DNA of 64,000 bases from Spirochaetota bacterium (GCA_965208615.1 CBDBPB010000006.1:1-64000); one strand, 5' to 3'; shown: positions 40,934 through 52,433, counted from the stretch's first letter. Numbers and translations are program-made. Notes: generated by a model from the letters alone, not told the origin.

Positions 40934-41581
40934 TTATATTATATATGAAAAGGCTAAAGCAAAACCTAATTTATTAGGTTTAAGACTAACAGAACTATAA
41001 TATATATTATTTAGAGCTAAACTATAACTAACGGATAGCTCGAGCAATATATTTTTTGTTATATAATATCCTATTCCGGCTTCTGAAAGAAAGGTTGCTC
41101 CAAGTTTAAATGTTCCAGTTGAGGTTTCAGTTACTCCTTTAGAGGTTTCGTGTTGTTTTGCATAGAGTGACTTTGAAAAACCAAAACCAGCACCAATATA
41201 AAAGGTAAATGGCGAATTAGTTGTTAATAGAGGCATAGGTCTAAAGCGAATGGTAAGATAACCCGCTATTATTAAATTAATTGCCTCATAGTTAGTGTTA
41301 TTGTGTTCAAATTTTAGTGTATAATATTTTAACCCTAGTCCAACGCCTATACCTAAGAAGTCATAAAACATATATTGACCGTTAAACATACCTCCATAAA
41401 GATAAGTAGTTTTATAAGATGAGTCTGAAGAAATAGTAGGCATAACTAATTCAAAGTTACCACTTGCCCCAAGACTACTACCTTTTTTGTCATAGGAATA
41501 TATATTACTAGTAAAGAAAAATAGACTGATTAATAATATAGTTAATTTGCCTATATATAAATAAGCCTTTATAAATTTCAT
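40934..41581 (-). CDS. Small outer-membrane beta-barrel protein (OmpA/OmpW-like)
   Basis: Signal peptide; alternating strands such as FYIGAGFGFS and EAGIGYYI. Confidence 0.6.
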   Translation of the reverse strand: MKFIKAYLYIGKLTILLISLFFFTSNIYSYDKKGSSLGASGNFELVMPTISSDSSYKTTYLYGGMFNGQYMFYDFLGIGVGLGLKYYTLKFEHNNTNYEAINLIIAGYLTIRFRPMPLLTTNSPFTFYIGAGFGFSKSLYAKQHETSKGVTETSTGTFKLGATFLSEAGIGYYITKNILLELSVSYSLALNNIYYSSVSLKPNKLGFALAFSYII

Positions 41582-41936
41582 AATCTTTTCTCCGTTGCAA
41601 AATACTAAAGGGTTAGCAGTTTAATATACTATAGCTATTATTAATAATACTTTTATAAAGTTTTCTAAAGTAGTATAACTTGTTTTTTTTCTTAAAATTA
41701 TTATACTGCTTTATGATATAAAAATTTTAAAAAGCTGTTAGCTATTAGAAGGTTTTAATTAACCAATATAACAATAGTATTATAAATATATATAAAAAAT
41801 TATTTTTGTCTAAATTAAAGATATCTTTTATAAGAGAAATAATATCTTTTGATTATCTAATAATATATCTAAAGTATATTTGTTAATCAAGGGAGAAGGT
41901 AATTTTTTGTATTGTTAATAAAATATTGCTTTAGGG

Positions 41937-41965
41937 TTGACTATCATTGATAAGTAAAATATATT
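41937..41965 (+). promoter_or_regulatory. Putative sigma70 promoter of the tRNA gene
   Basis: TTGACT, 17-bp spacer, TATATT, ending about 24 bp upstream of the tRNA. Confidence 0.55.
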
Positions 41966-41988
41966 TTCTGTAAGCTTAATTAATATTT

Positions 41989-42062
41989 GGGTCCATAGCT
42001 CAGTTGGTTAGAGCGGCTGACTCATAATCAGTAGGTCCCAGGTTCAAGTCCTGGTGGACCCA
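41989..42062 (+). tRNA. tRNA with CAT anticodon, most likely tRNA-Ile2 (lysidine type); CCA not encoded
   Basis: GGGTCCA/TGGACCC acceptor stem, AGCTCAGTTGGTTAGAGC D-arm, CTGA-CTCATAA-TCAG anticodon arm, GGTTCAAGTCC T-arm; the paired G1-C72 argues against an initiator. Confidence 0.92.
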
Positions 42063-42125
42063 ATAGGAATTATTATTTAATGAAAATTAATTTAATATTA
42101 AGTTTAGAAAAACTTAGTTTTAAAC

Positions 42126-42169
42126 AAGAAACGACATAAAGCTAAAACTTTATGTCGTTTCTTTTTTTT
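42126..42169 (+). terminator. Intrinsic terminator after the tRNA
   Basis: AAGAAACGACATAAAG-CTAAAA-CTTTATGTCGTTTCTT followed by a T-run. Confidence 0.85.
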
Positions 42170-42185
42170 AGAGGTAAAACAAATC

Positions 42186-42905
42186 ATGATAGAAAGCAAT
42201 AATGTTTTTCGTACTATTGAACTTTTACTTAAGCTGCAGAGTGTAGCCGAAGAAAGGTTTGTTTTAAAACGTGATAAAAAGATTTATAAAAATGATCTGG
42301 GTAAACAAGAAAATGAAATTAAAGAAAAAAAGCATAAGTGTATTGAAATAGAAAAACAAATTGATAATCTCAAAAATGATATAATAGATCGAGAAAGTAA
42401 AACTAGTTTTAATAAAGAACAAATAAAAAAGATAAAAGATAAAGAAAAACAGGTTAGAACACAAAAAGAGTTTATTGCATTAGATACTGAACTGTCCATA
42501 AAACAGGACGGAATTAAAGAGCTTGAAGAGGATATTAAAGAGAAAAACAAGGCTATTAAAGCTTTACTGTCAAAACTGGATAACGAAAAAGTTGAATTAA
42601 CTAAGTATGAACTAATCTTTGATGAAAAGACTATAGAAACTGAAATTAAAATTGATGAAATTGATAATAAACTTATAGAAATAAATAAAATTGTTAATGT
42701 TGTTAAACCACAATTAGACTCAGAAGTACTTGCTAAATATGATAATATTGTTGAAAACAAGGATGGTGTTGGAATTGTTCCCGTTATTGACAATACTTGT
42801 AATGGTTGTAATCTAAATGTAACGGCACATGTAGTCTCACAGATACGAAAAGGTGAAGAGATTATTTATTGTTCAAATTGTGCTAGAATATTGTACTTAC
42901 CATAA
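42186..42905 (+). CDS. Coiled-coil protein with C4 zinc ribbon (HP0958/CT398-like)
   Basis: Long coiled coil followed by CNGC...CSNCARIL. Confidence 0.85.
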   Translation: MIESNNVFRTIELLLKLQSVAEERFVLKRDKKIYKNDLGKQENEIKEKKHKCIEIEKQIDNLKNDIIDRESKTSFNKEQIKKIKDKEKQVRTQKEFIALDTELSIKQDGIKELEEDIKEKNKAIKALLSKLDNEKVELTKYELIFDEKTIETEIKIDEIDNKLIEINKIVNVVKPQLDSEVLAKYDNIVENKDGVGIVPVIDNTCNGCNLNVTAHVVSQIRKGEEIIYCSNCARILYLP

Positions 42906-42998
42906 TATTTTTAAATAGTAAAATTTTTATTTTCTATTTACTAGAGTTAGTTATATTATTATATTACATATTAAAATGTAATTGTTTGAGGGGTTATT

Positions 42999-43871
42999 AT
43001 GGAACTTGATAAGTTTAACATAATAAGTGATAATGAGTTAAGAGATTTCTTGAAAAAAAAGCTGAAAAAAGATTTACTAGATGTTGCAAGAGAGCTTAAA
43101 ATTAAAAAGCTATATTCTATGAAAAAAGAAGAATTAATTAATAAGATAATTGAAGTTGAAAAGGCTAAACAAATACCTTATGCGGATAACGCTATAACAA
43201 ATAAGATTGATCAAGACTCTAAACCGTCATCTCTCGAGTTCACTAAAAACTCTAAAAGCAATGGGCATAAAAAAAAGTTTGAAACAGTAGAACTAAAAAC
43301 ATTTGAAGAGCCTAAATATCCTGGTGAACGCTTTGAGATACCGCATAAGTATAATGAAACAAAAATTGTAGCTATGGTACGTGATCCAAAGTGTATTTTT
43401 GTTTATTGGGATATTAACTCTGAGCAGTATAAAATGTTTGACTTGGATAGTAAAAAACTATTTCTTAAACTTTATGATATTACGGGAGTTGACTTTGACG
43501 GCTCTAATGAAAACTCTCACTCTACTATAGAACTTATAGAAAATGTAGAAAACTGGTATATAAATCTTTCAGAGTCGAACAGGGATTATTGTGTAGAGAT
43601 TGGATTTTTTAATGAAAATGGACAATTTATTTCTATTGCTAGAAGTAATATTGTTGCTGTTCCAAGGAGTGAGTTTTCTGACTCTTATGATGATCACTGG
43701 ATGAGTGTTGAAGAGCTAATTGAGGTATCCATTAGTGATAGAAAGTCTATGGCTATTAACAGTTCCTTTGAAATTGAAAAAATGATCTCAGAACGTCTGC
43801 GGACGGCTTTATCTTCTGAGTCTCTTGTGACAAGCGGAGCTATTAGCAGTTTAGCGGCTTCAAAGTTTTAA
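42999..43871 (+). CDS. DUF4912 domain protein with Rho N-terminal-like helix
   Basis: L..VARELKIKKLYSMKKEELINKI; IPHKYNETKIVAMVRDP...FVYWD, LYDITG, NWYI, IARSN.V.VP; Ser-rich tail. Confidence 0.75.
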   Translation: MELDKFNIISDNELRDFLKKKLKKDLLDVARELKIKKLYSMKKEELINKIIEVEKAKQIPYADNAITNKIDQDSKPSSLEFTKNSKSNGHKKKFETVELKTFEEPKYPGERFEIPHKYNETKIVAMVRDPKCIFVYWDINSEQYKMFDLDSKKLFLKLYDITGVDFDGSNENSHSTIELIENVENWYINLSESNRDYCVEIGFFNENGQFISIARSNIVAVPRSEFSDSYDDHWMSVEELIEVSISDRKSMAINSSFEIEKMISERLRTALSSESLVTSGAISSLAASKF

Positions 43872-43922
43872 AAAGTACATGAAAGTTGGTTAATACCTTA
43901 GGTTATCACATAAAATATTAAC

Positions 43923-45641
43923 ATGGGCAAAACTCCGAGTAAACTATCAGATAAGAGAGTGATAGATCTAGTAAAAAAAATTGGTCCTATTAACGCTTAT
44001 GATATTTATAATAAGTTTAAAATTAGTTATCCTTATGTTGACAAACATAATATCTTACGAAGACTTCGTAGGCTTAGAAAAAAAAGTAAAATTGCTATAA
44101 ATAAAGAAGGTAAGTTTTTTTTTCAAGCTCCTCTTTTAGATAAGTCTAAAAATACTTATACCCCAGCCGATGACTTTATTAATATATGTAAAAAATATAA
44201 ATATAGTATAGGATTCACAAAAAAGCAACTTGCTGAAGCAGATATTATTAAGGATACTAATAAGGGCCTTAATAATCGTAAAGACTTCTGTGGTGATAAT
44301 ATTATCACTATTGATGGAGAAGACGCTAAAGACCTTGATGATGCAGTATCTGTAATTAAAACCAAGGATAAATATATTTTATCTGTACATATTGCTGATG
44401 TATCATCTTATGTAAAAGAGGACTCTCTTTTGGATAAGGAAGCGTTTAAACGTGGGAATAGTGTATATTTAGTGGATAAAGTAGTACCTATGTTGCCAGA
44501 GGTTTTGTCAAATGGGGTTTGCTCGCTGAATGAGGGGGTAGATCGCCTAACTTTATCTGTTTTGATTACTTTTAACTTTAGTGGGGATGTATTAGACTAT
44601 CATTTTTATGAGGGTATTATAAAGGTAAGTAGACGATATACTTATGAAGAAATAGATAAAATACTTAATTGTATTATAGAAGAGAAAGATAAGCCTTTTG
44701 TTGATATGATTAATAAAATGAATGAGTTGGCTCAGATTATATATAAAAAAAGGGTTAGAGAAGGAAGTTTAGATTTTAATTTTAATGATATTAAAATTAC
44801 TTGTAATTCTGAGTCTTTTCCAATTGAGGTTAAAAAAGTAAAGAGGTTATTGAGTCATCAAGTTATTGAAGAATTTATGCTTAGTGCTAACAGGGTAGTT
44901 GCTAGGTTTCTTGGAGAGAGAGGAAAAGCCATATATAGAATACACGAATCCCCTAATATAGAAAAACTAAGGGAGTGTAATCGTTTTATTCAGAAACTTG
45001 GATATTTTATTAAAGATTTAACTAATTCTGATCCAATAGAACTCCAGGCCCTACTTAAAAAGATTTCTGGCACTAATCATGAAAAGATAATTAATACAAT
45101 ACTTCTTAGGAGCTTGAAGCAGGCTTATTATCATACCGAGAATAAAGGACATTTTGCACTTTCTTTTCAGGACTATACTCATTTTACGTCTCCTATAAGG
45201 CGCTATTCTGATCTTATTATACACAGGCTTTTAAAGAAGGCTATAGGAGTTAAAACTGAGTGTAAGAGAATAGCTAATAAAAGGTATCTTAATACTGTTA
45301 CACAAAGAACCTCTATTACCGAAAGGACTGCTATGGAGGCTGAGCGAGAAATAATTAAAAAGAAGTCTGCAAGGTTTATGAAGAATATGATAGGAAAAGT
45401 TTTTGATGGTATTATCTCTGGTATAACGCCTTTTGGCATGTTTGTAGAGCTTGAGCCTTATGGAGTTGAAGGGTTAATTAGAGTTGTAGATCTTGATGGA
45501 TTTTATTTATATGATGAAGATAACTATTTATTATATAGAAAAGATTATAAAGTTAAATACCAGGTAGGGGGTTATGTTAAAGCAATATTAACTAACGTGA
45601 ATGTTGAAAAAAGTTTTATTGATTTGAATATAGTATCTTAA
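43923..45641 (+). CDS. rnr: Ribonuclease R/II family exoribonuclease (short form)
   Basis: TIDGEDAKDLDDA, VHIADVS, EEFML.AN, YTHFTSPIRRYSDL; C-terminal S1 domain. Confidence 0.88.
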   Translation: MGKTPSKLSDKRVIDLVKKIGPINAYDIYNKFKISYPYVDKHNILRRLRRLRKKSKIAINKEGKFFFQAPLLDKSKNTYTPADDFINICKKYKYSIGFTKKQLAEADIIKDTNKGLNNRKDFCGDNIITIDGEDAKDLDDAVSVIKTKDKYILSVHIADVSSYVKEDSLLDKEAFKRGNSVYLVDKVVPMLPEVLSNGVCSLNEGVDRLTLSVLITFNFSGDVLDYHFYEGIIKVSRRYTYEEIDKILNCIIEEKDKPFVDMINKMNELAQIIYKKRVREGSLDFNFNDIKITCNSESFPIEVKKVKRLLSHQVIEEFMLSANRVVARFLGERGKAIYRIHESPNIEKLRECNRFIQKLGYFIKDLTNSDPIELQALLKKISGTNHEKIINTILLRSLKQAYYHTENKGHFALSFQDYTHFTSPIRRYSDLIIHRLLKKAIGVKTECKRIANKRYLNTVTQRTSITERTAMEAEREIIKKKSARFMKNMIGKVFDGIISGITPFGMFVELEPYGVEGLIRVVDLDGFYLYDEDNYLLYRKDYKVKYQVGGYVKAILTNVNVEKSFIDLNIVS

Positions 45642-45670
45642 ATTTAAGAAGTTATACCAGTTAATATTAT

Positions 45671-45696
45671 TGGGGATGAACTTAAGTTCATCCCCA
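45671..45696. terminator. Perfect 26-bp palindrome after rnr, possible terminator hairpin
   Basis: TGGGGATGAAC-TTAA-GTTCATCCCCA; no clear U-tail on either strand. Confidence 0.5.
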
Positions 45697-46115
45697 TGGT
45701 TGGTATGTGTTTCTGTCATTCACACTCCAAAAGTAGAAGTTCTACTTTTATATCTTTCTATTAAAAAGAAAGAGGGTTAAAAGGTATTTCAAATTATATT
45801 TAATTTTTATTTATAATCCTCCTCTTTTTTGTCTTTACTATTATAAAATATAACACCATGATTATAATTGTAAACTAATTTTTTTAATATTTATATATAA
45901 AATATATAGTCTATTATACAACTAGTGACTTAATAATATATTATACAGTTTTTAAAGGCTTTGTAGGATATAAGTAATTTCAAATTCCCTTAAAATTTAT
46001 ATATGGGATTTTATGTAGTAGTAAGATTAAAAATATTTTAAATATATTTGTTAAATGAAAGCTAATTTTTTGTTACAATTATATTATTAAGCGATAACGA
46101 ATTTAGGATTATGAT

Positions 46116-46736
46116 ATGAACAATAATAATTTTAATATTACTAAATATATTAAAGTATTTGATAGTGGTGATAGCATCTTTTTAGAGGGATCAAAGGGTA
46201 GGGAGATGTATGTTATTATTAAGGGTAAGGTTGAGATTTCTCAGTTGATAAATAATGAGCGTCATATTTTAAGTATACTAAAGCCAGGAGATTTTTTTGG
46301 TGAGATGTCTACAATTAGAGGTTTAGCAAGGTCTGCTACTGCTACTGCTATGACTTATTTAGAGTGTGTGGTGGTAGCTCCGGATATTTTTAAAAATATG
46401 TTACAGTTTAAGCCGGGATTTGGTATTAAGGTGATAAAAGAGTTGTGTAATAGGATAGAAAAGTCTAATAAGCAGGTTGAAAGGTTGACTTTATTAAATC
46501 AGACAGAAAAGGTAACAGCTGTATTAGTTAACATTGCCACTGATAATGGGACTAAGCCATTCAAAGAAGCAAAAATTCTATATGATGCAGTTGTTAGTGA
46601 GGTTATGGAAAAGATAAAAACTAACCGTAATACTGTAGAGAAGTTTATAGTTACACTATCGCAATATGCTAAGATTAAAATTGTTGAACAGGATAATATT
46701 AGTTATATTAGTATTAATGAGAGTATATTAAAGTAA
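46116..46736 (+). CDS. cNMP-binding Crp/Fnr-family protein
   Basis: IFLEGSKGREMYVIIKGKV, GDFFGEMS, RSATA. Confidence 0.85.
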   Translation: MNNNNFNITKYIKVFDSGDSIFLEGSKGREMYVIIKGKVEISQLINNERHILSILKPGDFFGEMSTIRGLARSATATAMTYLECVVVAPDIFKNMLQFKPGFGIKVIKELCNRIEKSNKQVERLTLLNQTEKVTAVLVNIATDNGTKPFKEAKILYDAVVSEVMEKIKTNRNTVEKFIVTLSQYAKIKIVEQDNISYISINESILK

Positions 46737-46784
46737 TCATTTTTTTAGTTTAGCCCTTAGTAAGGGCTATAGCTTTATTGAAGG

Positions 46785-47843
46785 CTAATAGTCTATACTT
46801 ATTTTATTATTATGTTTTTCTATGCCCAAAGATATTAGTTTGTGGATCAGTTCTTTATAACTTATTCCTGTAGCACTCCACAATTTTGAATACATACTTA
46901 TATTAGTAAAGCCGGGTATGGTATTAATTTCGTTTACATAGATTTTATTATTTTTCTTATCAATAAAAAAGTCTATTCTGGCTAATCCGGAACAGTTAAG
47001 GGCTAAAAATGTTTTAATAGAGTAGTGTTTAATTTTTTCTTTTACGGAACTACTTAGGTCAGCAGGTATAATTAATTTTGAGTCATTACTAAAATATTTA
47101 GCTTCGTAGTTGTAGAAGTCTTTGCATGGGATTATTTCTCCTGGAATGCTGGCTTTAGGATTTTCATTACCCAGAATGGCAACTTCTATTTCTCGGGGGG
47201 TTATTCCCTGTTCTACTAATACTTTTACATCATATTTAAGAGCTTCTTCTATACCTTTAGCGAGTTGATTTTTGTTATTAGTTTTGCTTATTCCTAAGGA
47301 TGATCCCATGTTTGCGGGTTTAACAAAGATTGGATATGATAATTTTAGTTCAATTTCGGATATAATTTGATTTTTATTATTAATCCAGTGATGTTTTAGA
47401 AAAGAGTGGTATGGTAGTATTGGTAGTGAATGGTTATCTAAAACTCTTTTCATAATTTCTTTATCCATGCTTATGCTTGAGCCTAACACCCCACTACCAA
47501 CGTATGGTATTCCAAGTAGTTCTAGCCATCCTTGTATAGTGCCGTCTTCGCCGTTTGGGCCGTGAAGGACTGGGAATATAACATCTATTAAGTTTTTTTC
47601 TAGCGGGTTTATGCCGAATGAATTATAAGGAAAGCTTTTTATTACTAGGTTTTTTAGATTATCATCGAGCATATCTTTAGTTTCTTTTTCTGAAGCAATT
47701 TTACCATTTTTTTTAATAGCTATTGGTATTGGTATATATTTAGACTTGTCAATTTCTTTTAGTACTGAGGATGCAGAAAGTATTGATATATAATGTTCTT
47801 TTGATTTTCCGCCAAATAGGACTCCTACTCTAAGCAGTGGCAT
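46785..47843 (-). CDS. ddl: D-alanine--D-alanine ligase
   Basis: FGGKSKEH.IS, HGPNGEDGTIQG, KPANMGSS.G, YEAKY, NEINTIPGFT..S. Confidence 0.96.
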   Translation of the reverse strand: MPLLRVGVLFGGKSKEHYISILSASSVLKEIDKSKYIPIPIAIKKNGKIASEKETKDMLDDNLKNLVIKSFPYNSFGINPLEKNLIDVIFPVLHGPNGEDGTIQGWLELLGIPYVGSGVLGSSISMDKEIMKRVLDNHSLPILPYHSFLKHHWINNKNQIISEIELKLSYPIFVKPANMGSSLGISKTNNKNQLAKGIEEALKYDVKVLVEQGITPREIEVAILGNENPKASIPGEIIPCKDFYNYEAKYFSNDSKLIIPADLSSSVKEKIKHYSIKTFLALNCSGLARIDFFIDKKNNKIYVNEINTIPGFTNISMYSKLWSATGISYKELIHKLISLGIEKHNNKISIDY

Positions 47844-47912
47844 AATTATTTACTCTCCTAGTCGAGGATTTTATCAACATATTTGAATCAATATACTATT
47901 TTTTTAGGTAAA

Positions 47913-48824
47913 TTATAAGTTTAGTTTAAAAGAGCTTATAAATTTATTTATTTTTTCTTGATTATTTTCGTTTATAATATCGATAACTATTTGGGCAGGA
48001 GTAAAATATTGATTTATTTTAATTGCTTTTTGCAAGTCCTTTTTAGCAGGATTTATTTTCTTTTTTCTAAGATAAATAATACCCCTATTGAAATATCCTT
48101 CAAATGACCTAATATTTAGGTTTATGACCATATTAAAGTCTTTTTCGGCATTATCAAGTTGTTTAATGTTATCATAGAGCACCCCGCGGGCTAGATAGGC
48201 ATTAATATTATTAGGTTTTTTATCTATTACTAGGTTAATATCATTAATAGCGGGATCATATTGATTAAGATAAATATAAGTTTTACCTCGTTCTAGGTAT
48301 GCAGGGCTAAACTTTTCTTCAAGTTCTATAGATTTGTTATAGTCGTTTATAGCTAAGGTATAATTTCCCATTAAGCTATTTATATTAGCTCTATTAAAGT
48401 ATGTAATATTCAGATTAGGGTTTAGGGAAATAGCTTTGTTATAATCTTTAATTGCCAGTTCATAGTTTTGGATATCTGCATAGTTAGCGCCTCTATTTAT
48501 ATATGCCTTAAGGTAGTTAGGTATTATGTTTATTGATTCTGAGTACTCTCTAATAGCCTGTTCGAATAGGTTTTTTTCATCTAAAGCTCTTGCTTTATTA
48601 AAGTGTTCTATAGCCCTAATGAGCTTATCAGCTTTAATATTTGTGCTATTTGGACTAATTTCATTTATTATTTTAGGATCAAGTTCAATTAAGTTTTCAA
48701 GTTGTTTAATTAGTATTAGTTTTTCTTTTTTGAAAAGAGTTTTTTCTTTTTTATTATTGATTTTGGATATATTTTTTAGTTCTAGATTTTTCAAGTTACT
48801 TTCTACTAATTTTATATTTATCAT
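47913..48824 (-). CDS. TPR repeat protein
   Basis: Canonical 34-aa repeats (AYINRG...AIKDYNKAISLNP). Confidence 0.88.
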   Translation of the reverse strand: MINIKLVESNLKNLELKNISKINNKKEKTLFKKEKLILIKQLENLIELDPKIINEISPNSTNIKADKLIRAIEHFNKARALDEKNLFEQAIREYSESINIIPNYLKAYINRGANYADIQNYELAIKDYNKAISLNPNLNITYFNRANINSLMGNYTLAINDYNKSIELEEKFSPAYLERGKTYIYLNQYDPAINDINLVIDKKPNNINAYLARGVLYDNIKQLDNAEKDFNMVINLNIRSFEGYFNRGIIYLRKKKINPAKKDLQKAIKINQYFTPAQIVIDIINENNQEKINKFISSFKLNL

Positions 48825-49603
48825 AATTTTATATATATGTCAATTTTTGTTTTAAGATAAGAAGCGTTCTAATAAAAAGTTAGATATTTAAATTTAGCTA
48901 AATTTATGCTTAAAAGAAAGTTTTTTTTTTAAAATAAAAAGTTATAAACCAGGAACATGGAAGAGCTTTGGAATAGTTATACAGACGGTTGGGGAGGATT
49001 AATTTAATATTTTTAGTTTAAAATTTGTCAATTTTTCTAGTATTTTATTTAAGATATTAAACTATTGTAGTAACTTAGTATTTTATATATAGAGTTTTTA
49101 TACTTTTGTTAAAGTTTTTAATATTTAGGAGGAAATATTATTCTAATGTAGAGGTATTTTTTGTATAGGTGTAAATATAATAGAATGACGTTTTATGATA
49201 ATTTAATTATTAGAGGAAATCAATTATTTTATAAGAGGTTCCGTATAAGCAATAACATATAACGTAAAGGTAAGTATATTTTTATTTCTTTAAAGTTAAA
49301 ACATTGATTAAAAGGTTATTTTCTTGTGTCAATCAGGTTATCCTTCTATTGTTTTTATTTGATAACGATATGTTAGAAAGGATTTCTTTATTAAGATATT
49401 TAATAATATATAGCTTAAGGTGAAATTATAATTATAGTTTTATTTTATTAAGTGGCTTGTGGCAAATATTGCATCTAATATTAATGGTCATAACAGTATT
49501 TTTAAAATTAAAATAAAGTTTTTATATAATTGTATTGAACTATGCTATTATATAGAGGTATTTTAATTTAATTAAATTAAAAAATATTTTAAGGAGATTA
49601 GTA

Positions 49604-52387
49604 ATGTCACTATCTAGGAGAGACTTTATTAAGAAGACAGCTGCGGTATCTGCGGCTACTGCTATAGGTATTAGCGTACCTGAAGTGGATAAGCTTGCCG
49701 CTAACACTGCTGAGGCTGGATGGCGGTGGGATAAAAGTGTGTGTAGGTTTTGTGGTACTGGTTGTGGTATTATGCTTGCCACTAAGGACGACAAGATTAT
49801 TGCATCAAAGGGTGATCCTGCTTGTCCTGTTAACAGAGGGTTAAATTGCATTAAAGGGTATTTTAATGCAAAGATCATGTATGGTAATGACAGGCTTACC
49901 AAACCACTTTTACGTAAGACCAACGGTAAGTTTGACAAGAACGGTAAGTTTGAAGAAGTTAGTTGGGATGAGGCTTTTAAGGTTATGGCGGATAAGTTTA
50001 GACAGACTTATTCAAAAAATGGTCCTCATAGTGTAGCGGTTTTTGCGTCTGGACAATATACCATACAAGAAGGCTATGCCATGGCTAAGCTTATGAAAGC
50101 TGGGTTTAGGAGCAATAATATTGATCCTAATGCTCGTCACTGTATGGCTAGTGCGGTTGTTGGCTTTATCCAAACATTTGGCATTGACGAACCTGCTGGA
50201 TGTTATGATGATATTGAGCTAACCGATACAGTTATTAGTTGGGGTGCTAATATGGCTGAGATGCACCCTATTTTGTGGTCTAGAGTTACTGACAGAAAGC
50301 TTAGGAGCCCTGACAGGGTAAAACTGGTTAATTTATCAACTTATACCAATCGATCTTCTGATATTGCTGATACAGAGATTATATTTAAGCCGAATACTGA
50401 TCTTGCTATTTGGAACTATATTGCAAGAGAGATAATTAAAAACAAGGCTGTTGATGAGGAGTTTGTTAAGGATCACTGTATTTTTACAACAGGGTTTGTG
50501 GATATTGGTTATGGTATGCGTGGTAATACTGCTCATAAGAACTACAAAGCGTCTGAGCTGGATACTGCTAAAAAACAAAATGGAAAGGTTTTATCTGATG
50601 ATGAGGGTGTATCTTTAGGATATTTGGGTCATAAAGCTGGTGATATGCTTGAAATGAAGCATAACAAAGGTAAAGGTCCTTTCTTACACTGGAAAATAAC
50701 CCGTGAGGATTTTGAAAAGGCATTGGAGCCTTATACATTAGATTATGTTGCTAAGGTATCAAAAGGTGATCCTGATGAGTCTATTGATTCTTACAAGAAA
50801 AAATTAGAGCTATTAGCCAAGTTATACATTGAGAAAAACAGAAAGGTGGTTAGCTTTTGGACTATGGGTATGAATCAGCATTCTAGGGGTTCATGGGTTA
50901 ATGAGCAGTCATACATGGTTCATTTATTGTTGGGTAAGCAGGCTAAGCCAGGTAATGGTGCGTTTAGCTTAACTGGACAGCCATCAGCTTGTGGTACTGC
51001 TAGAGAGGTTGGTACTTTTGCTCATAGGCTCCCTGCTGATATGGTGGTAGCTAATCCTAAGCATAGAGAAGTATCAGAAAAGATTTGGAAATTACCTAAA
51101 GGTACTTTGAGTGGAAAAGTTGGATCACATTATACAAAAATTATGCGTGATCTTGAAGATGGAAAGGTAAAGTGGGCATGGGTTAATGTTTGTAATCCGT
51201 GGCAGAACACTGCCAACGCCAATCATTGGATAAAAGCGGCCAGAGAAATGGATAATTTTATTGTTGTATCTGATGGTTATGCTGGTATATCCGCTAAGGT
51301 TGGGGATTTAATACTCCCATCGGCTATGATATATGAGAAGTGGGGTGCTTATGGTAATGCAGAAAGGCGTACTCAGCATTGGAAACAACAAGTTACTCCT
51401 GTAGGTGAGTCTATGCCTGATATATGGCAATATACTGAGTTTGCCAAATATTTTAAGTTAAAAGAGTGTTGGAAGGAGTGGAATGTTGGTGGAGTCAAGC
51501 TAAAAGATGTTTTAGCAGAGGCTAAGGATAAAGGTTACAACCCTGATATGACTTTATATGATGCTCTTTTTGCTACTAAGGATATGAAAAAGTATAAATG
51601 GGATGGTGATCCTGTTGGAAAGGGCTTTATTAATACAGAGGCCGCTGGTGATGGACGAGAGATAAGTGGATATGGAAAGTTTGGTGGATACGGTTTCTTT
51701 ATACAAAAGGCTTTATGGGAGGAGTATATAAAGTTTGGAGCTAATAAGCAACATGATTTAGCTGATTTTGATACCTATCATAGTGTAAGGGGATTAAAAT
51801 GGCCTGTTATAAACAAGAGGGAGACTCAGTGGAGATTTAATGCTAAGTATGATCCTTATGCAAGGAGTGAGGTAAAGGGCAAGAACTTTGCTTTTTATGG
51901 TGGAGCTCTTAAAAAGGTGTTTGAGGGAGGCTTAAAGGGTCCTGATAAGAAAAAGCCAAAGTATGATTTAAAGAATAAGGCTAAAATATTCTTTAGACCA
52001 TATATGGAACCCCCAGAGATGCCTAGTAAAGAATATCCTATGTGGCTTTCTACTGGTCGAGTTCTTGAGCATTGGCATAGTGGCACTATGACTATGAGAG
52101 TCCCAGAGCTTTATAGAGCAGTTCCTGAGGCACTTATTTATATGCATCCTGCTGATGCAAAAAAGGCTAATGCAAACCAAGGCGATGCTGTATGGGTAGA
52201 GAGTAGACGGGGTAAGATCAAAGCTAGAGTGGATGTTAGGGGTAGAAATCGTCCTCCAAAGGGTTTGGTATTTGTTCCATGGTTTGATGAGAAGGTATAT
52301 ATTAATAAAGTTACTTTGGATCACACTTGTCCGTTGTCTAAGCAAACTGACTTTAAAAAGTGTGCTGTAAAGGTTTACAAAGCTTAA
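49604..52387 (+). CDS. napA: Periplasmic nitrate reductase catalytic subunit
   Basis: Tat signal SRRDFIK; CRFCGTGC...GLNCIKG; ARHCMASA; [13 protein letters not shown]; TGRVLEHWH; DFKKCAVK. Confidence 0.98.
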   Translation: MSLSRRDFIKKTAAVSAATAIGISVPEVDKLAANTAEAGWRWDKSVCRFCGTGCGIMLATKDDKIIASKGDPACPVNRGLNCIKGYFNAKIMYGNDRLTKPLLRKTNGKFDKNGKFEEVSWDEAFKVMADKFRQTYSKNGPHSVAVFASGQYTIQEGYAMAKLMKAGFRSNNIDPNARHCMASAVVGFIQTFGIDEPAGCYDDIELTDTVISWGANMAEMHPILWSRVTDRKLRSPDRVKLVNLSTYTNRSSDIADTEIIFKPNTDLAIWNYIAREIIKNKAVDEEFVKDHCIFTTGFVDIGYGMRGNTAHKNYKASELDTAKKQNGKVLSDDEGVSLGYLGHKAGDMLEMKHNKGKGPFLHWKITREDFEKALEPYTLDYVAKVSKGDPDESIDSYKKKLELLAKLYIEKNRKVVSFWTMGMNQHSRGSWVNEQSYMVHLLLGKQAKPGNGAFSLTGQPSACGTAREVGTFAHRLPADMVVANPKHREVSEKIWKLPKGTLSGKVGSHYTKIMRDLEDGKVKWAWVNVCNPWQNTANANHWIKAAREMDNFIVVSDGYAGISAKVGDLILPSAMIYEKWGAYGNAERRTQHWKQQVTPVGESMPDIWQYTEFAKYFKLKECWKEWNVGGVKLKDVLAEAKDKGYNPDMTLYDALFATKDMKKYKWDGDPVGKGFINTEAAGDGREISGYGKFGGYGFFIQKALWEEYIKFGANKQHDLADFDTYHSVRGLKWPVINKRETQWRFNAKYDPYARSEVKGKNFAFYGGALKKVFEGGLKGPDKKKPKYDLKNKAKIFFRPYMEPPEMPSKEYPMWLSTGRVLEHWHSGTMTMRVPELYRAVPEALIYMHPADAKKANANQGDAVWVESRRGKIKARVDVRGRNRPPKGLVFVPWFDEKVYINKVTLDHTCPLSKQTDFKKCAVKVYKA

Positions 52388-52433
52388 GTAGTTAATGTGT
52401 TCCATTATGTTTTAAGTCTTAAGAGAGTATATT

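Noticed and set aside
41989-42200. Genomic island integrated at the tRNA
   Set aside because: No integrase and no duplicated tRNA 3' end seen; the following genes are ordinary chromosomal genes.
49230-49475. Moco riboswitch or sigma54 promoter upstream of napA
   Set aside because: No convincing Moco stems by eye; TGGCAAATATTGCA has 8 nt rather than 10 nt between GG and GC.
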